The position numbers were made by a program, and so were the translations under genes. A stretch of 63,481 nucleotides of DNA, filler included, from Reclinomonas americana ATCC 50394 (Eukaryota), in the NCBI GenBank assembly GCA_048213135.1. It is 16 parts of 16 records of this genome, joined end to end, with 100 filler letters (N's around TTAATTAATTAA, not from the genome) between each part and the next. Parts side by side here need not be neighbours in the genome. Positions count along the whole stretch, not along the records: positions 17,009 to 39,910 come from AFZH01021536.1; 15 more parts are not named here. One strand, 5' to 3'. Below, piece after piece: positions 22,313 through 34,847 of the stretch. Position 1 is the first letter of the stretch, and the number at the start of each line of letters is the position of its first letter. Below the pieces are notes generated by a model. That model saw only the letters and a program-made list of their open reading frames with translations. It was not told where the DNA came from and searched no databases.

Positions 22313-25300
22313 TCACAGCTCCATGGTGAAGCCACCAAGCTTCTCTCGCAGATCACGCATCACCATCCTCGCCTCCACCGCAGTTGGTCTGTCATAGAAC
22401 AGCGACATGCATCTGCACAGAGAGCAAGCGAAGTGAGTGGTGATTCAGCTTTCTCTTTCTCTCTCTCCTCCTCGCACGCAACTGCACTCCCAACCGAAGC
22501 ATCCCACACGCCACATCCGCTGGCCACTCACCCGCACTGAGGTCCGCCTCCTCGGCACCGTCCACCGATCCCAGAGACCGCTCCCACTGCGCAGCCTGCC
22601 CCACCAGAGTGCGCGCCTCGCGACCCGTCAGCAGCTGCAGCAAGATGACGCCGAAGGCGTGCAGATCCATGGCTGCACGAATCTCGCCCGAGCGGAAGAA
22701 GAGTGGATCGGTGTAGTACGAGGAGCCGGCGTGCTTGCAAGTGTGGTGGTGGGTCTGTGCGCGGGGAGAGAGGGGGATGAGAAGAGAATGACGAAGAGAG
22801 ATGCATTCTCTGTTCGTGAACTCATGCTCTCGCCGTGCTCTCAAGACATCATCGCCACACATGAGAGTGCACAACGACAATCTTTCCATTCTCTTGGCGA
22901 CGAGAAAAACGATGTGCAACTCATCCTCTCAACGTGGAGACAGACGAACACGCATAGTCTGTCTCACAAGCACTGCAGAGTCCAAGGTGCACGATCAAGA
23001 AGACGTGGAGAACGGGAGTAGTTCTCATGCACCAGGGTTGTGAGACACAGAACAGGAATGGAGAAGTGTGCACAGGCAACAAACACGAATGCTGCATCGA
23101 TCTCGCTGCTGACCGCTGCTGTGTCCATCTCTTCGATGACAGAAGCGAAAGAACCCACTCGACAGAGTGAGAAGTGAGAAAACGAGCTCTGGGTCTCCAA
23201 CAAGCAGCCCGATTCGAGGATAGATAAAACGAGTGCAACGCACACCAACTACAAAGAAGTAGAGAAGTATCTTCCTGCTATTCTCCATCTGAAGACACAC
23301 ACTCACCTCCCCTTCATCGAAAATGCGCGCAATTCCAAAGTCACCGAGGCGTGGCTCACATCGATTGTCGAGCAGAATGTTGGATGGTTTGAGATCGCGA
23401 TGCACAACGCCGTTCTGAGGGGAGAGAGGTGAGAGGGTGATGAAAGCCGGGAAGAACAAGATTTGGAAGGATAGGGCGATGGTCACCGAGAATGCGTGAT
23501 GACGGGAAAGGAACGACGGGCCGAGAAAGTATCGACAAATGGCAGATTGTTGGCGAGCTGGAAGAGAAGCAGGGATGAACGCCAACACCAACAGCGAGCA
23601 CCACATAACAAATGAGGGCATCTACAAGTGAACTGTTTCGAGAGTGAGAAGCACGACTAGAGAAAAGACAGGAACCACAATCCAACGACTGACAACCCAT
23701 TGAAGACGAGTGCCCGCCCACTCTCCGCTGACAACAACCAAAGACACAGCCTAATGAACAAAGAAGAGCCTCACGATGCTCCCACGAACCAAAGACACAA
23801 ACAAAGATTGCTCTCGCCAAGCGAGAGAGTCGCCTCACTCACCTGATGCAAGAAGCACATGCCCTCGACAATGCCGAGTCCGATTTGCACACGCTCCACC
23901 ACCGTCAGTGGCTGCATGCCGGCCGCTCGCTTCATGAGTCGCACCTCCAAATCTTGTCCACTGTGTGCGAAGCAAGGGAGGTGAGAGGAAGAAGGGAATG
24001 CAGAGAGAAATGGAAAGAAGCAAAGGAGGAGACAATGCGCTTCGTTGAAGAAGAATGACGATCTCTGGAAGGTGCTCATTGTTGTGTATGGAGCAGTGAA
24101 GATTCAGATTATTACAAGGAGTGTGAGAGAGAGAGAGAAAGAGAAACAATGAGGGGAGGTGGAGAGTGAAATGGAGAGACAGATATGATGCAAGTAAACG
24201 GGAGTGAACAGAAGAGAATCATCAATCCAACCGTCTCGTCACACTTCTCCCCACCACCTCACCGCATGGCTCGATACACTAGACATCGCCCTCGCACACC
24301 ACCACCCTCCACCAGCGTGGAGTATCCCAGCAGCGGAACAACGCGTCGATGATGCAGTCGTCCAATTGTGTTCAACTGGCATGAGGAGAAGTGAGCAACT
24401 GGCATGAGGGGAAGTGAGCAACAGGTTGATCCCATCTCCTTCTGCCTCAACGGACCTCGACATCGTACGACTCCATTGCCGACGGCGCGGCGCCATCCAG
24501 TCGCTTGACAGCCACCTCTTCCTCGTTCAGCCAACAAAGATACACCTCACCATGACCGCCCTCACCGGCTTTCAGGTCGTTGGAGAAGGATTCGGTGGCA
24601 CGTAGAATGTCGGACCAGGGGTATTCGCGCAGGCGATTGGGATCCGCGGCTGCACATGGAGAAAGGAGATAGAGAGGTTCAGAGTGACGGTACGCAGAGA
24701 AGTGGTGCATCGCTCTCACACGCACCTTGGAGAGCGGCCAGCTCGCGGCGCAAGCGACTGTTTTCATGGGTGAGATCGACCCGCTCACTGGCAAAGAGTT
24801 GCGCCTGCTGTTCCAGTTCACGCTGCAGCTGTGCGACACGCTGCTCCAATACGGCATTGGTTTGTCGAAGTTCCTCGTGCTGCCGCTCAGCTTGTCGCTC
24901 ATACTCCCGCAGCTGCTGGTCCCGCTCACAGCGGCATGCGTCGTATTCACGCTGAAGATGAGAAATGATGACGTCCTTGTCGGCGAGCTGACGGGCCACC
25001 GCGGCGGCATCCAGTGCCTGCCCAAAAGCAGGGAGGTCGGCAAGAGTAGAGTGAAAGAGAGCGACAAAACTTGCATTGGAGACGGTGCGCGAGTGTACAG
25101 ATATGGGAAGGAATGCGCAGATCCTTACCTGCCGCTGCGGCGAAGCTGCTGCTAGTGCGGCAGCACGATTCGGGCAGACAAAGGCATGAAACGCTGGTCA
25201 GGAAAAAGAGATGAACACGGAACTCGATGGAGCGAGATACCTGCAGGTGGAGATCGCTGTTGTTGTTGTTGTTTTTGACGTGGTGATGCTGGCTGTGCAG

Positions 25301-25952
25301 CGAGGCGATCGAGCAACTCGGCCACTTGCTTGTGACCATTCTCGCGTGCCCACTGAGCCGCCGTCTTGCCTGCCTTGTTGACCGTGGGAATGAGGTCGGG
25401 AAAGCGCGTGGCGAGGAGTCGCACAATGGTTTCATGACCCCAATTGGCAGCAAAATGCAGAGCAGTGGACTGTGAACTCCAGTGACGGTCATTGGTGACC
25501 GCCCGCACCATCTCCGGCGGGCATCGTCGCTCATCGGCCAGCAGCCACTCCACCACGTGCAGATATCCATTGAATGAAGCAACCATCAGTGGCGTCCAGT
25601 CATAATCGTCAACCACCAGTGCGAGTTCCGGACCGACACCACTCTCCTCCCACAAATACTCCAACACAGAGAGATGGCCTTCTTGAGCGGCACAGTAAAA
25701 TGCCGAGCCGCCACTCTTATGCATCTCCTCTCTGTTCAGCAGAATGTGTGCGCCGTCACGCGCCACCAACTCGCGCAGTGACTTCACGTCGCAATTCAAC
25801 GCCATATCACATGCTTTCGGCCTGCGAATCACAACAGGCAAAGAGAGTGGGTATTTCAGAGTTCGACCTGACAACAGCACACATGCACACACACACACAC
25901 ACCTCGCAACACCACCACTGTCCCCCACAGTTCCACTCTGCGCCGCACTCAT
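22313..25952 (-). CDS. ANK-coiled coil-IRAK/Pelle-like kinase, copy 2
   Basis: Same 10-exon layout. ANK exon 25821-25241, coiled-coil exon 25017-24726. Kinase motifs intact, no in-frame stops seen. Confidence 0.88.
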
Positions 25953-26462
25953 TCTCTCCAACAACGACAGGCTGTCGAGACGGACGGAGATGAAGTGTCC
26001 TGCAATGTTTCGTTCCAACTTCGTCGTTTTCCTCTTTACTTCCCTCGCTCACTCGCGACTCGACTAACGCACACAGCCATCGAACTTCACGCGCGTGACA
26101 GAGTACACACATGTGCAAACAGAACTCAACAGAGTCGACGTTCATCACGACGTCGCTCCGTCGTTCTCTAATTCAATGAGTACCGTGAGTTCAAGCGTAA
26201 GTACCCTCCGCCGACCGACCTATGAGGTTCCTTGTCGCACACCTTCATTATCGTGCTCAGCATTCTCCTGCTCTCATATCGAACTCGATGGCTGGCCACT
26301 GAAATCTCGCTCAGAGTCGCCCAGCGGGCTGTATGGTGACTGGCCGCATTCAATATCGACAGTCCTCCAGTCACCTGCCAACGGCGCAGGCGACAGCTGT
26401 GGCCGCAAGCGTCGGGAGGGAAACCTGGATTGTAATGCACCTTCCGCTCCCTTCTTGTCTCT

Positions 26463-29400
26463 TCACAGCTCCATGGTGAAGCCACCCAGCCTTTCTCGCA
26501 GATCGCGCATCACCATCCTCGCCTCCGCCGCAGTTGGTCTGTCGAAGTACAGTGACATGCATCTGCACGAGAGCAAGCGAAGTGAGTGGCGAGTCTTCTC
26601 TCCATCCCTCTTCTCCTCCTCGCACGCAACTGCACTCCTAACCGAAGCATCCCACTCGCTACATTCGCCAGCCACTCGCCCGCACTGAGGTCCGCCTCTT
26701 CTGCACCGTCCACCGATTCCAGTGACCGCTCCCACCGCGCAGCCTGTCCCACCACTGCACGTGCCTCGCGACCCGTTAGCAGTTGCAGCAGAATGACTCC
26801 GAATGCGTGCAGATCCATGGCTGCACGAATCTCGCCCGAGCGGACGAACAGCGGGTCGATGTAGTACGAGGAGCCGGCGTGTTTGGCGGTGTGGTGGTGG
26901 GTCTGTGCGCGGGGAGAGAGGGGGATGAGAAGAGAATGACGAAGAGAGATGTATTCTCTGCTCGTGAACTCGCTCTCAAGTCACCATCGCCACACATGCG
27001 AGAGTGAACAATGCCATTCTGTCTCTTCTCTCCGCGACGAGAATTGTTGTGCAACTCACCCTCTCAACGGGGAGACAGACGAGTACACGTTTACCTTTCT
27101 CTCACCCACTGCACAAATCACAGGGTCTACCATCCAGGAGACACGGAGTATGAGAGTAGTTCTCATGCACCAGAGTTGTGAAAAAAAGTGAGCGGACGCA
27201 GATGAGCAAGGTGATCACGCTGAGGAATGGAGAACGAGTGCACATGTACAACAAACATGAACGCTCCATTGATCGCGCTGCAAGCACCTGCTAAGTCTCG
27301 ATGACAGAAACGAAAGAACCCACTTGACTGAGTGAGAGTGAGCAGTGGAAAGAAGACGTGCTCTGGGTCTCCAACACGAAACTATGCAAGGGGATCGGTA
27401 GAACGAGTGAAATGCACACCAACAACAAAGAGGAAGAAGAGAAGCATCTTCCTGTGCCACTGTCCATCTGCCGAGGCGCACACTCACCTCCCCCTCATCG
27501 AAAATACGCGCAATGCCAAAGTCTCCAAGACGTGGCTCACATCGATTGTCAAGCAGAATGTTAGATGGTTTCAGATCGCGATGCACGACGCCGTTCTGAG
27601 AGGAGAGAGAGAAAAAGTAAGTGTGATGGTTGAAGAGAAGAAGAAGGCATTTGGAAGGAGAGGGCGATGGTCTCCGAGAATCCATGACGACGGAAAAGGA
27701 ACGACGGGTCGAGAAAGTATCGACAAAAATGGCAGATTGTGGGAGAGGTGGAAAAGAAGACAGCGGTGCATGTACATAGCAAATGATGGTATCCACAAGT
27801 GAACTGTCGAGAGTGAGAAGAACGACGAGAGAAAAGACAGGAAACACAATCCAACGGCAGGTAACCCAAGGAAGACGAGTGCCCGCCCACTCTCCGCGGA
27901 CAACAGCCAAGGACACAGCCTTATGAACAAAGAAGATGCTCTCATCAACCAAAGACACATACAAAGATTACTCTCGCCAACAGGGAAACTGCCGCCTCAC
28001 TCACTTGATGCAAGAAGCACATGCCCTCAACAATTCCGAGACCGATTTGCACACGCTCCACCACTGTCAGAGGCTGCATGCCGGTCGCTCGCTTCATGAG
28101 TCGTACTTCCAGATCCTGTCCACTGTGTGCGAAGCAAGGGTGGTGAGAGGAAGAATGGAATGCGCAGGGTGGAGAAAGAGAAAAGGAAAGAAGCAAAAGG
28201 AGGAGACAATGCGCTTGGTTGAAGAAGAATGACGATCTGTGGAAGGTGCTCATTGTGTATGGACCAGTGAAGATTCTATTAATTCTAGGAGAGAGAGAGA
28301 GAGAACGAGAAACAATGAGAGGAGGTGGAGAGTGAAAAGGAGAGACAGATAAGATGCAAGTAAACGGGAGTGAACCGAAGAGAATCAACAAACCAACCGC
28401 CTCGTCACACTTTCCCCCACCAACTCACCGCATTGCTCGATATACCAAACATCGCCCTCGCACACCACCACCCTCCACCAGCGTGGAGTAGCCGAGAAGT
28501 GGAACAAGTCGACGATGATGTAGTCGTCCAATCGTGTTCAACTGGCATGAGGAGAAGTGAGCAACAGCTTAATCCCATTCCCTCCTGCTTTAACAGACCT
28601 CGGCATCGTACGACTCCATCGCCGATGGCGCGGCACCATCCAGCCGCTTGACAGCCACCTCTTCCTCGCTCAGCCAGCACATATACACCTCACCATGACC
28701 TCCTTCGCCAGCCTTCAAGTCGTCGGAGAAGGATTCAGTGGCGCGTAGAATGTCAGGCCAGGGGTACTCGCGCAGGCGATTGGGATCGGCGGCTGCAGAT
28801 GGGGAAAGGAGAAAGAAAGGTTTAGAGTGATGTTTCGAAGAGCAGAAATGCGTCTCTCTCACGCGCACCTTGGAGAGTGGCCAGCTCCCGTCGCAAGCGG
28901 CTGACTTCATGGGTGAAATCGACTCGCTCACTGGCGAAGACATGCGCCTGTTGTTCCAGCTGTGCGACACGCTGCTCCAATACGGTATTGGTATGTCGAA
29001 GTTCCTCGTGCTGCCGCTCATGTTCCAGTTGCTGCTGCTCTCGCTCGTTTCGGTATGCGTCGTATTCACGCTGCAGATGAGCGACACGCTGCTCGTGCTC
29101 TCGTCGCTGCTGCTCAGCTTGTCGCTCATACTCCCGCTGCTGCTGTTGTTCTCGCTCCTGTCGACATGCATCGTATTCGCGCTGCAGACTGGCAATGGTG
29201 GAGTCCTTGTCGGCGAGCTGACGCGCCATCGCAGCAATGTCGTCCATGGCCTGCAAGAAAACGCACGCAAGAGAGTGAGAGAAGAGTGAATCGAAGGCTG
29301 TCAGGTGGAGGGCGACTCACCCGCTGCTGCTGTGCGACTGAGGAACAATCAAAAGGAAACGTCATCAAGCGATGGAACAAAAAACGCAGTCGCCAAAGAA

Positions 29401-30110
29401 AGGGCATACCTTGCTGATGAGGTGGCGGCGCTGATTGTGCAGTGAGGCGGTCGAGCAACTCGGCCACTTGTTGATGACCGTAGCGGCGTGCCCTCTGAGC
29501 CGCCGTCTTGCCCTCACAGTCGACCATGGGAATAAGGTCGGGATAGCGAGTGGCAAGGAGGCAAACAATGGCTTTGTGGCCCCAGGCGGCAGCAATATGC
29601 AGTGCAGTGGACTGTGAATTGTCATCACAATCATAGGTGACTGCCCGCACCACCTCCGGCGGGCATCGTCGCTCATCAGCCAGCAACCACTTTACCACTT
29701 GCAGATGGCCTTTGATGGCAGCAACCATCAGTGGCGTCATGCCATAGTCGGTGACCAACTGTGCGAGTTCCGGACCGACACCACTCTCCTCCCACAAGAA
29801 CTCCAACACAGAGAGATGGCCTTTTTGAGTGGCACAGTAAAATGCCGAGCAGCCACGCTCATGCATCTCCTCTCTCTTCAGCAGAGTGTGTGCGCCCTCA
29901 AGCGCCACCAACTCGCGAAGTGCCTTCACATTGCCCTCCCTTCCCATCTCCCAAGCTTTCTTCCTGTGAAACAAAACAAGCAGAGTGAGTGAGTTTGCAC
30001 CGAGATCGATCTGACAACATCACACAAAGCACACATTCACACACACACACACACACACACCTCGCAACATCACCACTGCCCCCCACAGCTCCCCTGCGCG
30101 CCGCGCTCAT
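26463..30110 (-). CDS. ANK-coiled coil-IRAK/Pelle-like kinase, copy 3
   Basis: Same layout. ANK exon 29963-29410, 17-nt micro-exon, coiled-coil exon 29250-28869 with an internal duplication. Kinase motifs intact. Confidence 0.88.
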
Positions 30111-30608
30111 TCTCCCCAACAACGACAGGAACGAAGTCGTGACAGAAGATGTGTCCTGCAACGTTTCATTCCAACTTCGTCTTTACTTCCCTCGCTCACT
30201 CGCGACTCCACTAACGCACACAGCCATAGAACTTCACGCGCGTGACAGGGCAAATACACGTGCAAACAGAACTCAACAAAGTCGACGTTCATCACGACGT
30301 TGCTCTGTCGTTCTCTATAATTCAATGAGTACCGTAAGTTCAAGCTAAAATGCCCTTCGCCGACCGACGTATGAGATTCCTTATCGCACACCTTCATTAT
30401 CGTACTCGGCATTCTCCTGCTCTCATATCGAGCGACGACGTTGCCTCGAGGGCTGGGCACTGAAATCTCGCTCGGAGTCGCCCAGCGGGCTGCACGATGA
30501 CCCGCAGTCAATATTGACAGCCCTCCAATCACCTGCCAACGGCGCAGGCGACAGCTGTGGCCACAAGCGTCGGAGGGCACCTGCACCTTCCACTCCCTTC
30601 TTGTCTCA

Positions 30609-33600
30609 TCACAGCTCCATGGTGAATCCACCCAGCCTTTCTCTTAGATCGCGCATCACCATCCTCGCCTCCGCCGCAGTTGGTCTGTCATAGAACAGTG
30701 ACATGCAGCTGCACAGAGAGCAAGCGAAGTGAGTGGTGAGCCAACTCTTCCCTCCTCTCCATTGCACGCAACTGCACTCCTAACCGAAGCATCCCACTCG
30801 CTACATCCGACGGCCACTCACCCGCAGCAAGATCCGCTTCCTCCTCACCGTCCACCGACTCGAGTGACCGCTCCCACCGCGCAGCCTGTCCCACCACCGC
30901 ACGTGCGTCGCGACCGGTCAGCAGCTGCAGCAGAATGACACCAAAGGCGTGCAGATCCATGGCTGCACGAATCTCGCCCGAGCGGAAGAAGAGCGGATCG
31001 GTGTAGTACGAGGAGCCGGCGTGCTTGGCGGTGTGGTGGTGGGTCTGTGTGCGGGGGGATGAGAAGAGAATGATGAAGAGAGATATTCTCTGCTCGTGAA
31101 CTCATGCTCTCGCCGTGCTCTCAAGACAAATCTCCACACATTGCAGAATAATGACACCTGTCTATTCTCTTCGCGACGAGAAAAACGATGTACAACCCAT
31201 CCTCTCAACGGGGAGACAGACGAACACGCATAGTCTGTCTCACAAGCACTGCAGAGCCCAAGGTGCACGATCAAGGAGACGTGGAGAACGGGAGTAGTTC
31301 TCATGCACTAGAGTTGTGAGACGCAGAACACGAATGGAGAAGTGTGCACATACAACAAACATGAACGCTCCATCGATCGCGCTGCAAGCACCTGCTAAGT
31401 TTCGATGACAGCCATGAAAGAATCCACTCGACAACGAGAGTGAGAAGTGGAAAGAAGACGAGCTCTGGGTCTCCAACAAACAACTGCACAAGGGGATCTG
31501 TAGAACGAGTGTATCGCAACAAGACAGAAGAAGAGAACCCTCATGTTGTGCAATCATCCATTTGCTGACACACGCCACCTCCCCTTCGTCAAAAATACGC
31601 GCAATGCCAAAGTCACCGAGACGCGGCTCGCATCGATTGTCAAGCAGAATGTTGGATGGTTTGAGATCACGATGCACAACGCCATTCTGAGAGGAGAGAA
31701 AGTGAGGGTTACGGTGGAAGGAAACATTTGGAAGGAGAGGGCGATGGTCTCCGAGAATTCATGATGACGGGAAGGAACAGCCATCCGAGGGAAGGTTGTG
31801 GGAGAGGTGGAAGAGAAGAAAACAAATATCGCCAACAAACGTACTGAGTAAACGTCCCACATGTTGGAAGCCACGAGAAAACTGTCGAGAAAGAGAAGCA
31901 TGACTAAAGAAAAGACAGGAAACACAATCCAACGACAGACAGCTTAGTGAAGACGAGTGCTTGGCCAGTCTCGGCTGACAATAACCAAAGACACAGCCTG
32001 TATCAACAAGAAGAGTCTCACGATGCTCTCACGAACCAACAACACAAACACAGATTGCTCTCGCCTATATGAGAGGTTGCGCAGGGAGTCTGCCACCTCA
32101 CTCACCTGATGCAAGAAACTCATGCCCTCAACAATGCCGAGACCGATTTGCACACGCTCCACCACCGTCAGTGGCTGCATGCCGGCCGCTCGCTTCATGA
32201 GTCGCACCTCCAGATCCTGTCCACTATGTGCGAAGCGAGTGAGTGAGGAAGAAGGGCATGCGGAGAGAGGAGAAGGAGAAAAGGAAAGAAGCAAAAGGAG
32301 GAGACAATGTGCTTTGTTGACGAAGAGTGGCGACCTCTGGTAGACGCTCATTGTTGCTTATGAATCAGTGACGATTCAGATTATTACAAGGAGTGAGAGA
32401 GAGAGAGAAAGAGAAACAATGAAGGGAGGTGGAGAGCAAACAGCGGGAGAGACAGATATGATGCAAGTAAACGGGAGTGAACAGAAGAGAATCAACAAAC
32501 CAACCGCCTCGTCACACTTCCTGCACGAACTCACCGCATGGCTCGATATACCAGGCACCAACCTCGTACGGCATCGCCCTCCACCAGCGTGGAATAACCC
32601 AGCAGCGGAACAAGTCGGCGATGATGCAGTCGTCCAATCGTGTTCAACTGGGGAGAGAGCGAAGTGAGCAACAGCTTAATCCCATCTCCTCCTGCCTCAA
32701 CAGACCTCGGCATCATAGGACTCCATGGCCGAGGGCGCAGCACCATCCAGTCGCTTGACAGCCACATCTTCCTCGTTCAGCCAGCACAAGTACACCTCAC
32801 CATGACCGCCTTCGCCGGCTTTCAGGTCGTCGGAGAAGGATTCGGTGGCGTGTAGAATGTCGGACCAGGGGTATTCGCGCAGGCGATTGGGATCTGCGGC
32901 TGCAGATGGGGAAAGGAGAAAGAGAGGTTCAGAGCGACTGTAGGCACAGAAGAGGCGGATCTATCAGTCGAACCTTGGAAATTGGCTAGCTCGCGGCGCC
33001 GGCGACCGACCTCATGGGTGAGATCGACCCGCTCACTGGCGAAGACATGCGCCTGTTGTTCCAGATGTGCGACACGCTGCTCCAATACGGCATTGGTTTG
33101 TCGAAGTTCCTCGTGCTGCCGCTCAAGTTCCCGCTGCTGCTGCTCTCGCTCATGGCGGTATGCATCGAATTCACGCTGAAGATGGGATATGATGGCGTCC
33201 TTGTCGGCGAGCTGACGGGCCACCGCGGCGGCATCCAGTGCCTGCCCAGAAGCAGGGAGGTCGGCAAGAGTAGAGAGAAAGAGAGCGACAAGAAACCACC
33301 AGAGATGGTACGCGAATGGATAGACATGGGAAGGAATGCGCAGCTCTTCACCTGTCGTTGTATGGATGCTGCTGCAAGTGCGGCAGCACGATTCGGGCAG
33401 ACAAAGGCACGAAACGCTGGTCAGGAAAAAGAGACAAGCACAGAAAATATAAATGGAGCCAGATACCTGCTGGTGGCGATCGCTGTTGTTGTTGTTTTTG
33501 ACGTGGTGGTGCTGGTTGTGCAGCAAGGCGGTCGAGCAACTCGGCCACTTGAAGGTGACCCCGTTGGCGTGCCCATTGAGCCGCCGTCCTGCCCGCCTTG

Positions 33601-34163
33601 TTCACCGCGGGAATGAGGTCGGGAATGCGAGTGGCGAGGAGTTGCACAACATCTTCGCGGCCCCAGGCGGCTGCGAAATGCAGAGCAGTGGACTGCGGAC
33701 TTTTGGAGCGATCATTGGTGACGGCCCGCACCATCTCCGGCGGGCGTCGTCGGTCATCGGCCAGCAACCACTCCACCACTTGCAGATGGCCTTTGAAGGC
33801 AGCGATCATCAGTGGCGTCATGCCAGTATCGGTGACCGCCAGTGCGAGTTCTGGACCGACGCCACTCTCCTCCCACAAATACTCCAACACAGAGAGATGA
33901 CCTTCGCGAGCGACACAGTAAAATGCCGAGGCGCCCTCAACCATCTCCTCTCTCTTCAGCAGAGTGCGTGCGCCCTCACGTGCCACCAACTCGCGCAGTG
34001 CCTCCACATCGCCGTCAAATGCCATATCACATGCTTTCTGCCTGCAAAACACAACCAGCGAAGAGAGTGCGTTTGCACATAGATCGATCTGACTGCAAAA
34101 CACAGATCACAGGCACGCGCACCTCTTTCCTCCACCGTTGCCTCTGTTCTGCGCAGCACTCAT
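30609..34163 (-). CDS. ANK-coiled coil-IRAK/Pelle-like kinase, copy 4
   Basis: Same layout. Starts [16 protein letters not shown] exon 34041-33467, coiled-coil exon 33241-32974. Kinase motifs intact. Confidence 0.88.
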
Positions 34164-34847
34164 TCTTCACACACTCACAAGGGTGATCACAAGGGCGGGA
34201 GTTGGCGGACGGAGTGGCGACACGGAGAAGAAGCGTCCTGCAGGTTATTCCGATGTCGACATTTCTCAGCACTCAAAGTCGGGGTCTCGCTTCACCACAG
34301 AGCTGTAGTGCTCGTGAATGTTCACAGCGGCTGCCTCAGACGTGCAGGGTGCCAATTCCAAAGGCAGTTCGTGTGCCGACGTCGACATTGTGTTCGACGT
34401 CGAGGCTGGTTTCGTCTGTCTTTTTTGCCTGCTGTAACCACCCGTGGTATAATCTGCATGGTCCAACCAACTCGGCGGTACCCTGGGAGCATCGCCTCGT
34501 CGACGGCCACTTGGGAGAAGAGTCATTGTCGGCAAGGGACTTATCGACATTTGTCGCAATATTGCAATGAAGTGAAAGAAGCGTTTTGTTTTGCAGACGT
34601 ACGGCTCAGACATCTACTCGATCGGGCGCAAAGGTGTCGAGCGCCTAGCCGAGGTTGCATCTCTCTCACGTCTTCCCGCAGAATAACAAGAATACGCATG
34701 TGGCACCTCGACAACGGTGCTCTCGCGTCGAAGCTAAATTCACACTTCCATCCGCTTCCTTCCGCAGATGAGTTCCTGGCGCGTCAGCCACAGGTACGCA
34801 TTGCGTACACTGACTCCACACACAAAAAAGCCACTTGCTCTCCATCC

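Noticed and set aside
25152..26018. Longer N-terminus for copy 2 (MERNIAG...)
   Set aside because: It uses a non-ATG start and reads through intron 1. The homologous ATG and GT-AG intron are conserved in all five copies.
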